64,000 nucleotides of DNA from an uncultured Oscillibacter sp. (GCA_910585385.1 CAJUDV010000010.1:962-64961); one strand, 5' to 3'. Shown: positions 17,364 to 26,446, numbered from the stretch's first letter. The notes: a model not told the origin generated them from the letters alone. Translations and numbers: made by a program.

Positions 17364-18617
17364 ATGGAGAAGAAGACTATCGCGAAAAACTATGTATTTC
17401 TGGCCGTTATGCTGGGGGCCATGGTCCTGGGGGCCCTGGCGGGCTGGATCTGGCCCGCCACGGAGGAGAGCGCCGGAGCCACCGTCCTCAAGCCTTTGGG
17501 CACCGTGTTCATCAACATGATGTTCTGCATCGTGGTGCCTATGGTGTTCGCCTCCATCTCCAGCGCCGTGGCAGGCATGGAGAGCCGGAGGCGGGCCGGG
17601 CGGATCATGGGCGTCACCGTGGGAACCTTTGTGGTCACCGGCGCCATCGCCGCCGTCATCATGTACGTGCTGATGATGATCTATCCCCCGGTGCTCACCG
17701 CCTGGACGGATCTGCCCGCGGAGGAGCTGGGCGAGTACGCCACCCTGGCGGATATGATCGTCAACTTCTTCACCGCCAGCGACTTCGTGGGTCTTCTGAG
17801 CCGCCGGGCCATGCTGCCTCTGATCGTCTTCTCCCTGCTCTTTGGCTTCTCCGTAAACCTCAGCGGCGGGAAGGACTCCCTGGTGGCCCGGTTCCTGGAG
17901 GATTTGACCAGCGTTATGCTGAAATTCGTCAAGATCATCACCTACTACGCCCCCGTGGCCTTCTTCGGCTTCTTCGCCGACCTGGTGGCCACCTACGGCT
18001 CTCAGATCACGGAGAGCTACGCCCGGGCCATGGTAGTGTACTACCCCCTGTGCTTTGTCTACATCTTCACGGCCTGGCCCCTGTTCGCCTGGTTCGGCGG
18101 AGGAAAGGGCGGCGTCAAGACCATGTTCCGCCACATCACCAAGCCCGCCGTGGTGTCTCTTGGCACCTGCTCCTCTGTCGCCACCATCCCCACCAACATG
18201 GAGGAGGCGGCGGACACCGGCATCAGCAAGGACGTGGCCGACATGGTGCTGCCCCTGGGCGCCACCATGCACATGGACGGCTCCTGCTTCTCCTGCGTCC
18301 TGAAAATCGCCTTTGTTCTGGGGGTGTTCGGCCAGCGGCTGACCCCGGGAATGCTGGTGCCGGTGATCTTAGTGGCGGTGCTCAGCTCCGTGGGCATGAG
18401 CGGCGTGCCCGGCGGCGGCTACATCGGCGAGTACATCATCTGCTCCATCTTCTTCCCCACCCAGATGGAGGTGGCCTTCCCCATCCTGGTGGTCATCGGC
18501 AACCTGGTGGATCCCCCCGCCACCATGATCAACGCCGCCGGGGACTATGTGGTGTGCTACATCGTCTCCCGCTTTGTGGACGGGAAGGACTGGCTGCAAA
18601 AGCAGCTGAAGAGGTGA
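17364..18617 (+). CDS. dicarboxylate/amino acid:cation symporter (DAACS family)
   Basis: AGGAGG RBS. Polytopic protein with SSVATIPTNMEEA and VPGGGYIGE, DAACS-like re-entrant loop motifs. Confidence 0.8.
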   Translation: MEKKTIAKNYVFLAVMLGAMVLGALAGWIWPATEESAGATVLKPLGTVFINMMFCIVVPMVFASISSAVAGMESRRRAGRIMGVTVGTFVVTGAIAAVIMYVLMMIYPPVLTAWTDLPAEELGEYATLADMIVNFFTASDFVGLLSRRAMLPLIVFSLLFGFSVNLSGGKDSLVARFLEDLTSVMLKFVKIITYYAPVAFFGFFADLVATYGSQITESYARAMVVYYPLCFVYIFTAWPLFAWFGGGKGGVKTMFRHITKPAVVSLGTCSSVATIPTNMEEAADTGISKDVADMVLPLGATMHMDGSCFSCVLKIAFVLGVFGQRLTPGMLVPVILVAVLSSVGMSGVPGGGYIGEYIICSIFFPTQMEVAFPILVVIGNLVDPPATMINAAGDYVVCYIVSRFVDGKDWLQKQLKR

Positions 18618-18738
18618 GGCTCTCTTTGGCAGCGTCACCGCATTGGAAAATCCGGGGATGCCGGATAGACAATGCCCCGCGGCAGGCCGCCGGTCTCAAG
18701 GAGACCTCCCGGCTCTTTTGAAATGTGTCAACATAGAA

Positions 18739-18773
18739 GCGGCCCCGGAACTGCTGTTCCGGGGCCGCTTTCT
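18739..18773. terminator. bidirectional terminator
   Basis: GCGGCCCCGGAAC-tgctg-TTCCGGGGCCGC then TTTCTT, between convergent genes. Confidence 0.65.
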
Positions 18774-19513
18774 TACGCCCAGAATTTAATCAGGTACAGC
18801 GCCAGCATGTGCAGGGGGTAAAAGGCGTAGGACCCGTACTGAAGGACCCGGCCGCTCCGGCCCCTCTCCCCGCCGTAGAGCCAGATGGGCAGCAGCGCCA
18901 GCAGGGCAAAGCCCTGGGTCTGTACCTCAAGGACATGCCCAAAGACCTCCACCAGGAGATATTCCCCCTGAAAAAACACCATATTCAGCAGAAACAGACA
19001 CGCCGCCTGCCCCAGCCGGGCCAGGGGAACGTCCCGGAACACGTAAAACACCACCACGGTCAAAACGCCCATCCCGCCGTAGTCCACCAGGCCGACGGTC
19101 CCCGCCAGCCAGGTTCCCAGCAGGCCCAGGAGCCCCAGGGCAGCGGCTTTCGCCGTCCGCTCCCGTCTCGCCCGGTCCAGCCCATGGATGGCCAGAAGAC
19201 CCAGCAGCAGGGTGAACATCACATTCTGGTGGAAGGGATTGAACACCGTACTGGCGTACATCAGGTCAAAGGGAATCTCCGAGAGGCACGCGAAGGCCAA
19301 AAGCCGCAATGCGTAGCGCCTGAAATTGGAGGTGTGGAGAAATCCCTCCGCGATCTGAAAGGCGAAGATGGGAAACGCCAGCCGCCCCGCGTAGGTCATC
19401 CACTGATTTCCCGGGACCACCATGGCCCACAGGTGGTCCAGAAGCATGGCCCCCAGGGCGATCCACCGCAGCTGGGCGGCGGTGAGGCGAAATCTCTGTG
19501 CGGGTTTCTCCAT
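18773..19513 (-). CDS. TraX family membrane protein
   Basis: ATG 19513 (MEKPAQRFRLTAAQLRWIALGAMLLDHLW...GRLAFPIFAFQIAEGF) is a typical TraX N-terminus. The upstream part of ORF 18773-19810 is Gly/Arg junk. Confidence 0.75.
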   Translation of the reverse strand: MEKPAQRFRLTAAQLRWIALGAMLLDHLWAMVVPGNQWMTYAGRLAFPIFAFQIAEGFLHTSNFRRYALRLLAFACLSEIPFDLMYASTVFNPFHQNVMFTLLLGLLAIHGLDRARRERTAKAAALGLLGLLGTWLAGTVGLVDYGGMGVLTVVVFYVFRDVPLARLGQAACLFLLNMVFFQGEYLLVEVFGHVLEVQTQGFALLALLPIWLYGGERGRSGRVLQYGSYAFYPLHMLALYLIKFWA

Positions 19514-19530
19514 ACGCTCCCCCTCCCCTC

Positions 19531-20151
19531 TCAAAACTCCACCGGCTCCTGGTGGAGAGACCGCAGGTGGGCGATCTCCCGCTCCCACATCGCCGTCAGC
19601 TCCGGCGCGGCCGCCTTTCCGCGGCTCCTCAGGGCCGCCGCCCGCTCCTCCACGGAGCGGATATGCCCCAGGGGTTTGCTGGCGCATTGGGCCGTAAAGT
19701 CCGAAAAATCCCCCGTCAGCGGGAGGAACTCCCTGGGACGGTCGTGATAGAGAAAGTACACGCCTCCCGCGCCCTCGCCGGAGATTTTCAGCACCACCGC
19801 ATCCCCCCACGCGTTCTCCCCAACAGGCAGCATTCCATCCTTTAGGAAGCCGGACAGCCGCCGGCCCAGCTTATCAAAGTGCCAGCGGGCCCCCGCGCCG
19901 CCCAGGCCGTACAGCGCCCGCAGGTCCGAGGAGACCTCCCCAATAGAGAAAACGGTGTTGGGCGTCTCCCCGCCGTTGTATTTCAGCAAAAACCGGCGGT
20001 ACGAATCCGGCAGCCGGATCTTGTGCCTGCGCTCAAAGGCGGCCGTCAGCGTCTCAACGTCCGCGGTGTCAAATTTGGAGATCATCATCGGTCCTCGCTC
20101 CGGCTCCTGGGGCTCCTCTTCCTTTTGTTGAAACAGTTTCTTGAAAAGCAC
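19531..20151 (-). CDS. SMI1/KNR4 (SUKH superfamily) protein
   Basis: LPDSYRRFLLKYNGGE...LYGLGG...VGENAWGDAVVL is the SUKH-1 pattern. Start is GTG 20151 (GGGAGG RBS) or ATG 20088. Confidence 0.7.
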   Translation of the reverse strand: MLFKKLFQQKEEEPQEPERGPMMISKFDTADVETLTAAFERRHKIRLPDSYRRFLLKYNGGETPNTVFSIGEVSSDLRALYGLGGAGARWHFDKLGRRLSGFLKDGMLPVGENAWGDAVVLKISGEGAGGVYFLYHDRPREFLPLTGDFSDFTAQCASKPLGHIRSVEERAAALRSRGKAAAPELTAMWEREIAHLRSLHQEPVEF

Positions 20152-20167
20152 GCTCCCGCCTCCCGCC

Positions 20168-21046
20168 TCAGATCTCTCCCCGCTCCATCCGCTCCTTCAC
20201 GCTCTTCCCGAAGGGCGTGGCGGCCAGGCCTCCCAGGGCCGTCTCCCGCAGCTCCGCCGGGAGCCGCCGGCCCACGTCGCCCATGCAGTCGATCACCTCG
20301 TCCGCCGGCACCCGGCTGGTGACGCCCGCCAGGGCCATGTCCGCACAGCTGACGGCATTCACCGCCCCGATGACGTTCCGCTTCACACAGGGCACCTCCA
20401 CCAGCCCCGCGATGGGGTCGCAGACCAGGCCCATGAGATTTTTCAGCGCCATGGCCGCGGCGTGGCCGATCTGCTCCCCGTCCCCGCCCCGCAGGGCCGT
20501 CAGGGCCCCCGCCGCCATGGCGGAGGCGGAGCCGATCTCCGCCTGACATCCTCCGGAGGCCCCGGCGATGGACGCCCGGAACCCAATCACCGCGCCGATG
20601 CCGGCGGCCACGTACAGCCCCCGCACCACCTCGTCCTCCTCCGTCCGGCCCGTCCGCCAAAGGGGCACCAGCACCGCCGGCAGCACACCGCAGGCCCCCG
20701 CCGTGGGGGCCGCCACAATCCTGCGCATGCAGGCGTTGGACTCCCCCACGCACAGCGCCGTGGCGATGACCTCCCGGAGATAGGGCCCGCAGAGGGTGTC
20801 CCCGGCGGCGGCGTAGTCCCGCATCCGCGCTCCGTCGCCCCCCACCAGGCCGCTGAGGGAGCGCCGGTCTCCCCGATACTCCTCCACGGACTCCACCATG
20901 GCCCGCCAGGTCATCCGCATCTTCTCAAAGGAGGCCTCCGCCGTCGTCTCCCGCTCCTCCAGATCCGCCTCCAGCACCACCCGCCAAAAGGGCTTGCGCT
21001 CCGCCCTGGCGGTCTCCAGGATCTCCGCTATGGAATCCAAGGCCAT
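20168..21046 (-). CDS. sdaAA: L-serine ammonia-lyase (Fe-S dependent), alpha subunit
   Basis: AAPTAGACGVLPAV, GASGGCQAEIG and LVCDPIAGLVEVPCVKRN are SdaAA motifs. Confidence 0.9.
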   Translation of the reverse strand: MALDSIAEILETARAERKPFWRVVLEADLEERETTAEASFEKMRMTWRAMVESVEEYRGDRRSLSGLVGGDGARMRDYAAAGDTLCGPYLREVIATALCVGESNACMRRIVAAPTAGACGVLPAVLVPLWRTGRTEEDEVVRGLYVAAGIGAVIGFRASIAGASGGCQAEIGSASAMAAGALTALRGGDGEQIGHAAAMALKNLMGLVCDPIAGLVEVPCVKRNVIGAVNAVSCADMALAGVTSRVPADEVIDCMGDVGRRLPAELRETALGGLAATPFGKSVKERMERGEI

Positions 21047-21047
21047 G

Positions 21048-21716
21048 TCAGTCCGCCTCCCTCTCGTAATAGGTCACCCGCTCCACGCCGGAGATCTCCG
21101 CCACCATCTCCCGGGTCACGGCGGAGACCCGCTGGTCCGTCTCCAGCACCATCAGGGCGCCGCCGCCCCGCCGGTCCCGGCACAGGCTCATGTTGGCCAC
21201 GTTCACCCGGAACTTGCTGAGCTCCCGGGCGATGGAGGCCAGGGTGCCGGGGATGTCCCGGTGGCGGACAATGAGGGTGTTAAAGTCCCCGGTGAAGTCC
21301 ACCTTCACGCCGTTGACCTCCTCCACCCGGATGCGCCCGCCGCCGGTGGAGGCCGCCCGCAGCACCAGCCGGCGCCCGTCCTCCGCCGTCACGTCCAGCA
21401 CCGCCGTGTTGGGGTGGGCGCCGCGGAGCTGGACGGTCCGGAATGTAAACGCCAGCCCCTGTTCCGCCGCCGCGGCAAAGCTTCCGGGCACGCCCAAGTC
21501 GTCCGGCGGCATGCCCAGGAGGCCCGCCACCAGGGCCCGGTCCGTACCGTGGCCCCGCCCGGTCTCTGCGAAGGAGCCGTACAGGCCGATGTCCGCCCGG
21601 ACGGGCCTGCCGTCCAGCAGTGTCCGGGCCATCCGGCCGATGCGCACGGCCCCTGCCGTGTGGGAGCTGGAGGGGCCCACCATTACCGGACCCAGAATAT
21701 CAAAAATGTCCGTCAT
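21048..21716 (-). CDS. sdaAB: L-serine ammonia-lyase (Fe-S dependent), beta subunit
   Basis: MTDIFDILGPVMVGPSSSHTAGAVRIG at ATG 21716, with a C-terminal ACT-like domain. The stop abuts the sdaAA start. Confidence 0.88.
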   Translation of the reverse strand: MTDIFDILGPVMVGPSSSHTAGAVRIGRMARTLLDGRPVRADIGLYGSFAETGRGHGTDRALVAGLLGMPPDDLGVPGSFAAAAEQGLAFTFRTVQLRGAHPNTAVLDVTAEDGRRLVLRAASTGGGRIRVEEVNGVKVDFTGDFNTLIVRHRDIPGTLASIARELSKFRVNVANMSLCRDRRGGGALMVLETDQRVSAVTREMVAEISGVERVTYYEREAD

Positions 21717-21902
21717 CGCAAGCATTCCTTTCATCACCGCCGTCTCTTCCCGCCTTAATACACCGGCGCTGCCTGAACATATCAAAGGCGCCGCCCCGGA
21801 AACCGCTGCGACCGCTAATAGCGCCGTTCCGGTTTCCGCAAGTCCGCGCTTCGACCCGCCGGGATAAAAAAGGACGCCCGAAAGCGTCCTTGCGGCATGT
21901 TC

Positions 21903-22769
21903 TCAGTCCAATACCTGTACGGCGGCTCCCAGCACGCCGTCGCCGATGTAGACGCTCAGCGTGCCGTCGATCTCGCCCTCCCAGATGTGGTCGTAGTCCG
22001 GCAGGGCGGTTATCAGCTTCTGACGCACAAGCTCCATCTCCGCCGGCGCGCCGCCGTTGGCCACCGCCAGGTTGTACCGTCTGTGCTCGCCGCAGGCCTT
22101 TACCGCCATGGCAACCAGCTTGTCCATCACCTGGCCGCGGCCCCGCACCTTGGCCACAGACTGCAGCTGCCCGTCGGAAGCGAAGGTGATGATGGGCTTG
22201 ATCTGCAAGAGCGTCCCCGCCGTGGCGGTGACCTTGCCGATGCGCCCCCCCTTCACCAGGTACTCCAGGGTATCCACGGAAAAGAAGGGGTGGCTCCCCG
22301 CCAGCAGCTGGGGTACCCGGCGCTCCGTCAGTTCCTCCCACTCCATTCCCCTCCGGATGTCCTCCGCCAGCTGGAGAAGCGTCATCCCCATGCCCAGGGA
22401 CCCGCTGAGAGAGTCGTACACCCTCACCGGCAGCATCCCCCGGCACTCCTCGCCGATGAGCCGCACAAGGTTGTAGGTGCCGGAGAGGCCGCTGGAGAGC
22501 ATCACGGCGACAACGCCGTCGTACCCGTCCACGACGATTTGGCGCAGGGTTTTCTCAATGTCCTCGCCGGAGGGCAGGGAGGTCTGGGGCAGCTCCCCGG
22601 CGCGCAGGCGGGCATAGATGTCCCCGCCGAAGATGTCCACGCCGTCGGAGTACTCCCCGTCGGCGCACAGAATCCGCAGCGGCACCCGGTAGATATGGTT
22701 CTCCTCTGCCAGACGGGGAGACAGGTCGGCACAGGAATCCGTCAGCAGAGCGATCTTTTGTGGAATCAT
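21903..22769 (-). CDS. DegV family fatty-acid-binding protein
   Basis: IALLTDSCADL...YRVPL...GEYSDGVDI...SSGLSGTYN is the DegV pattern. Confidence 0.85.
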   Translation of the reverse strand: MIPQKIALLTDSCADLSPRLAEENHIYRVPLRILCADGEYSDGVDIFGGDIYARLRAGELPQTSLPSGEDIEKTLRQIVVDGYDGVVAVMLSSGLSGTYNLVRLIGEECRGMLPVRVYDSLSGSLGMGMTLLQLAEDIRRGMEWEELTERRVPQLLAGSHPFFSVDTLEYLVKGGRIGKVTATAGTLLQIKPIITFASDGQLQSVAKVRGRGQVMDKLVAMAVKACGEHRRYNLAVANGGAPAEMELVRQKLITALPDYDHIWEGEIDGTLSVYIGDGVLGAAVQVLD

Positions 22770-22845
22770 AATTCATCTCCAGTTTTCATACAAACAGAAA
22801 ATAGTATTCAAATCATTATCGCACAGATAGCCGGAAACTGCAAGA

Positions 22846-22878
22846 GGAAAAAGGCCGGGCGCCGTATTGGCGCCTGCC
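22846..22878 (-). terminator. terminator candidate downstream of the GNAT gene pair
   Basis: Minus strand reads GGCGCC-aatac-GGCGCC then CGGCCTTTTTCC. Confidence 0.4.
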
Positions 22879-22991
22879 CCCGGCGAGAAATGGGGAAGCG
22901 CGCCGCCGGAAACCCTCAGTCCCTCCGGCAGCGCGGTTTCCGGCGCGGCGCGGTCTCAGGGGGCCCCTGGTCTTTCACGCCGCAGAGGGGG

Positions 22992-23525
22992 TCATCCCTC
23001 CAGCCTCTTCTCCAGACACACCAGCCGCACGCCGGGGATGCTGTTGAATTCGCAGGGGACAATCCCCGCCTCCCGGTAACCCAGGCGGGCGTACAGGGCC
23101 CGGGCGGCGGCGTTTTTCTCGTTGGTGTCCATGCGCAGATAGGGGCATCCCCGCTCCCAGGCGTACCGCTCGTAGAAGTCCACAAAGGCGGCGCCGTGGC
23201 CCCGGCCCTTGCGGAGCGGGTCCACCGCCAGCGTGTGCAGAACCATCACCTGTTCCGCCGGGGCCTCCGGCCACGCCCAGGGGGCCTGGCTGTACACCGG
23301 CATCTGGGTCTGGTTGATCCTGGCGGCGGCGGCGAGGACGCCGTCCTCCGTCAGCACAAACAGCTCTCCCGCCTCCAGGGCCTCCAGAGCATCAGATTCC
23401 GTGGGGTACACGCCCCGAATCCATCCCACGCTTGCCCGCCCGGCCTCCTCCTCCGTCAAAATGCGGCCGTAGATGGCCGCGATCCCCGGAATGTCCGCCG
23501 GGACTCCTCTTCGAATCTCTGTCAT
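22992..23525 (-). CDS. GNAT family N-acetyltransferase
   Basis: LHTLAVDPLRKGRGHGAAFVDFYE is an acetyl-CoA-binding Q/RxxGxG/A motif. The ATG overlaps the upstream stop (ATGA). Confidence 0.8.
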   Translation of the reverse strand: MTEIRRGVPADIPGIAAIYGRILTEEEAGRASVGWIRGVYPTESDALEALEAGELFVLTEDGVLAAAARINQTQMPVYSQAPWAWPEAPAEQVMVLHTLAVDPLRKGRGHGAAFVDFYERYAWERGCPYLRMDTNEKNAAARALYARLGYREAGIVPCEFNSIPGVRLVCLEKRLEG

Positions 23526-24049
23526 CGTCTCCCCCTCCCATCACAGCGGACCACATACCGGTCGTGGGGCATATCCACGCCCCGATAGTGCTTTATCCAG
23601 CTGTCTTTCTTCCTCATTCCGTTCCGCAGCGCCACCTTTTGTGAGGCCGTGTTGGTATCTCGGATGATGGAGCACACCTCTTTTGCCCCAAGCGTCTCAA
23701 AGGCGTATTTTTTGCAGGCCCTGGCGGCCTCCGCGGCGTACCCTTGGTGCCAGTACGCGCGGCAAAAGAGGTAGCCGATCTCCAGGACCTCAGTGTCCTT
23801 CCAGGGCTGCACCGTCAGTCCGCACTGGCCAATCAGCATATCTGTCCCGCTGTGAACGGCGGCCCACAGGCCGAATCCCCAGGTCTGATAGCGCAGAATC
23901 TGCCTGTCCAGCCAGGCGTGGGACTCCTCGTCGCTGAACGCCCCCTCGTAGGCGTACATGACCTCCGGGTCTTTCAGCATGGCGCACAGGGCGTCAAAAT
24001 CTCCCTGGCGCAGTTCCCGCAGATACATCCGCTCCGTCTTCAAAATCAT
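23522..24049 (-). CDS. GNAT family N-acetyltransferase (RimJ/RimL-like)
   Basis: MILKTERMYLRELRQGDFDAL...IGYLFCRAYWHQGYAAEAARA. Start taken at Met21 of ORF 23522-24109. My base count near the start disagrees with the track by 1 nt. Confidence 0.75.
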   Translation of the reverse strand: MILKTERMYLRELRQGDFDALCAMLKDPEVMYAYEGAFSDEESHAWLDRQILRYQTWGFGLWAAVHSGTDMLIGQCGLTVQPWKDTEVLEIGYLFCRAYWHQGYAAEAARACKKYAFETLGAKEVCSIIRDTNTASQKVALRNGMRKKDSWIKHYRGVDMPHDRYVVRCDGRGRR

Positions 24050-24200
24050 GATCCGCCTCCTATCCCGTAGCGCCGTCCTTATTCTACCACCCAATTCCTC
24101 CCAGCGCAAGAGCCCTGCACAGCCGGAGCCGCCGCGGCATAAAATGGCTCAGCACCATCTGAAAGGAGGATACTGGAACCTCAGTTCCGGTTGATCGCAT

Positions 24201-25211
24201 ATGGAACAAAACACCCGCAGCTATGTCTCCTCCCCCGCCCGGCAGGGCGGCCGGAGGACGGACCCCGGCCAGATCCCCGTCATTCCCCTGCCCAACCCCG
24301 GCGAGGGCGGCCCCGTCTATCCCGGCGACATGGACCCCGGCTTCAACGACCCCGGCCAGATCCCCGTCATCCCCCTGCCCAATCCCGGCGAGGGCGGCCC
24401 CGTCTACCCCGGCAACGACGGCCCGGTGGTAGAGCCTGTCATCCCCCTGCCCAACCCCGGCGAGGGCGGCCCCGTTTATCCCGGCAACGGCGGCGGCAGC
24501 TGGGTCTGCCCCGGCGGCTTCTGCGGCGGGGTGACCATCCTGCCGGGCATCATCGGCACCATATGGCCCAGCGCCTCCAAGGTCCGGTTTCTCAACGCCG
24601 CCTTCGGCTACCAGGCATTCCGGGTCTTTGTGGGCAACACCCGGGCCGTGAATCTCTTGAACTACGCCTCCGCCACCAATTACGGCCGGGTGGGCTCCGG
24701 CTATCAGACGGTGACCGTCACCGGCACCGACGGCTACATCTACATTCAGAAGACCATGCCCTTCCAGGCCAACGGCATCTCCACCATCGCCATCATCAAC
24801 ACCGCCGGCGGCCTGGACCTGCTCCAGATCACCGACAGCTGCTGCCCGCCCACCAACGGCTTCGCCAGCTTCCGGGTGGGGAACCTGGCCATCAACACCG
24901 GCCCCCTGGACGTGATCATGAGCGACGGGCGGGTGGTGTACAGCGACCTGCGGTACAAGGAGGTGGGCGTGTTCAAGCGGATCATGCCCGGCACCTATCA
25001 GTTCTTCTACGCGGACACGGATCTGATGCCCATGCCCGCCTCCGCGGACATCGAGACCATGGACTCTGCGTGGCTGGGCGTCTACCCGCCTCACGAGACC
25101 TTCGGCTCCCTGTATCTGAACGTGGTCAGCAACGCCATCTACTCTGTCTACCTGCTCCAGAGCGGCAGCGGACGGAACCAAATCCAAAACCTGATTCTGA
25201 TGGACCGGTAA
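24201..25211 (+). CDS. DUF4397-like protein with N-terminal proline-rich triple repeat
   Basis: Three copies of (Q)IPVIPLPNPGEGGPVYPG, then two beta-rich modules (VRFLNAAFGYQAFRVFVGN..., ASFRVGNLAINTGPLDVIM...) resembling DUF4397. No signal peptide seen. Confidence 0.6.
   Translation: MEQNTRSYVSSPARQGGRRTDPGQIPVIPLPNPGEGGPVYPGDMDPGFNDPGQIPVIPLPNPGEGGPVYPGNDGPVVEPVIPLPNPGEGGPVYPGNGGGSWVCPGGFCGGVTILPGIIGTIWPSASKVRFLNAAFGYQAFRVFVGNTRAVNLLNYASATNYGRVGSGYQTVTVTGTDGYIYIQKTMPFQANGISTIAIINTAGGLDLLQITDSCCPPTNGFASFRVGNLAINTGPLDVIMSDGRVVYSDLRYKEVGVFKRIMPGTYQFFYADTDLMPMPASADIETMDSAWLGVYPPHETFGSLYLNVVSNAIYSVYLLQSGSGRNQIQNLILMDR
24261..24485 (+). repeat. in-frame coding tandem repeat (3 units, 87/87/72 nt spacing)
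   Basis: The near-identical DNA units CCCGTCATCCCCCTGCCCAA(C/T)CCCGGCGAGGGCGGCCCCGT(C/T)TA(T/C)CCCGGC occur three times. Confidence 0.85.
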
Positions 25212-25230
25212 CGCGGTCCTCCGGAGCCCG

Positions 25231-25268
25231 GGAGGGGGAGAGACCGACGTCTCTCCCCCTCCTTTTTT
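25231..25268 (+). terminator. rho-independent terminator
   Basis: GGAGGGGGAGAGAC-cgac-GTCTCTCCCCCTCC followed by TTTTTT. Confidence 0.8.
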
Positions 25269-25278
25269 CAAAAACCCC

Positions 25279-25307
25279 TTTACAAACAAAAACAAATGTT
25301 CTATACT
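25279..25307 (+). promoter_or_regulatory. promoter candidate for the SLOG/DUF3795 gene pair
   Basis: TTTACA (25279-25284), 17 nt, TATACT (25302-25307). Confidence 0.45.
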
Positions 25308-25347
25308 CTATCCTGAAAACAGACGCAACCTGAGAGGAGGCGGTCCC

Positions 25348-25860
25348 ATGCGGTCCAGGCAGATCTCCTGCTGCTTTACGGGGCACCGCCCTGCAAAGCT
25401 CCCCTGGGGCTATCGAGAGTCAGACCCCCGATGCGTATCCCTGAAGCGGCGTATCGCGGACGCGGTGGAGGCCGCCTATCAGGAAAGCTGCCGCCACTTC
25501 CTCTGCGGCATGGCCCAGGGGTGCGACCTCTACTTCTGCGAGAGCGTTCTCCGCCTGCGGGAAGTCCATCCGGAAGTGACATTGGAGGCCGCCATTCCCT
25601 GTCCCGGCCAGGACAGCTCCTGGCCCCCGGCCCAGCGGGAGCGGTACGCCCGGCTGGTGGCCGCCTGCGACTACGAGACCGTGGTCTCCGCACAGTACAC
25701 CCCCGGCTGTATGCACCGGCGGGACCGGTACATGGTGGACCGCGCCTCGCTGCTGATCGCCGCCTTTGACGGCACCCCCGGCGGCACCCGGTATACGGTG
25801 GCCTACGCCATGAGCCGGGGCGTCCCCGTGGTGGATCTGCCCATTTTGCAGGGAGACTAA
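25348..25860 (+). CDS. SLOG-fold protein (DUF1273/YpsA family)
   Basis: CCFTGHRPAKLP...FLCGMAQGCDLYF...PGGTRYTV is the DUF1273 pattern. Confidence 0.75.
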   Translation: MRSRQISCCFTGHRPAKLPWGYRESDPRCVSLKRRIADAVEAAYQESCRHFLCGMAQGCDLYFCESVLRLREVHPEVTLEAAIPCPGQDSSWPPAQRERYARLVAACDYETVVSAQYTPGCMHRRDRYMVDRASLLIAAFDGTPGGTRYTVAYAMSRGVPVVDLPILQGD

Positions 25861-25880
25861 AACGATACGGAGGAAACACT

Positions 25881-26315
25881 ATGGAATCCATCTGCGGAAT
25901 TGACTGCGCGGCGTGCGAGTGGAGGAGCGGCTGTAAGGGCTGCCTGGAGACCGGCGGCCAGCCCTTTGGCGGAAAGTGCGTGGCGGCGGAGTGCCTCCGG
26001 CGGGGAGAGACGGCCCTGGCCCAGCTAAAAGCGGCGCTGATCGCGGCGTTCCGCGCCCTGGACATCCCGGAGATGGAGGAGGTGACGGACCTCAACGCCC
26101 TAAGGGGCTCCTTCATCAACATCCCCTACACCCTGCCCAGCGGACAGGCCGTGAGACTGTGGGACGACAATCAGATCTACCTGGGCAGTCAGCTCCGCAA
26201 ACGGGGCAGCGACCGGTGCTACGGCATCGCCGCCGACGAGACGTATCTGGCGGTGTCCGAATACGGCGAGAACGGCGCCGACGCCCAGCTTGTGGTATTC
26301 AAGCGCTGGAATTAG
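25881..26315 (+). CDS. DUF3795 domain protein (Cys-rich N-terminus)
   Basis: MESICGIDCAACEWRSGCKGCLETGGQPFGGKC is typical of DUF3795. The TAG stop lies inside the terminal TTAGG of the repeat element. Confidence 0.7.
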   Translation: MESICGIDCAACEWRSGCKGCLETGGQPFGGKCVAAECLRRGETALAQLKAALIAAFRALDIPEMEEVTDLNALRGSFINIPYTLPSGQAVRLWDDNQIYLGSQLRKRGSDRCYGIAADETYLAVSEYGENGADAQLVVFKRWN

Positions 26316-26376
26316 GCCTTGATTGACGAAAAAATCTCTCGCCGCTGTGCAGTCCGCCATTTATCAAACAAGGCTG
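26312..26376. repeat. short copy of the intergenic inverted-repeat element family
   Basis: TTAGGCCTTGATTGACGAAAAA...CCGCCATTTATCAAACAAGGCT shows both arms, with a truncated interior. Confidence 0.6.
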
Positions 26377-26443
26377 GAGTCTGTTTTAAAACCGTCAAAA
26401 CGCCGTCTTAGGGCGCTTTTTCCGTCGGTTTTAAAACAGACTC
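26377..26443. repeat. perfect 18-bp inverted repeat (bidirectional terminator-like hairpin)
   Basis: GAGTCTGTTTTAAAACCG (26377-26394) and CGGTTTTAAAACAGACTC (26426-26443), with a 31-nt loop, between convergent genes. Confidence 0.7.
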
Positions 26444-26446
26444 TAG

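Noticed and set aside
24261-24485. CRISPR-like repeats (also considered for 51560-51601)
   Set aside because: The first set is in-frame coding repeats with no unique spacers. The second is just two abutting 21-mers. There are no cas genes in the window.
24191-25333. A 380-aa plus-strand ORF overlapping the DUF4397-like gene in another frame
   Set aside because: The translation is Arg/Pro/Gly/His low-complexity. The 24201 frame gives structured repeats and beta-rich domains and ends just before a strong terminator.
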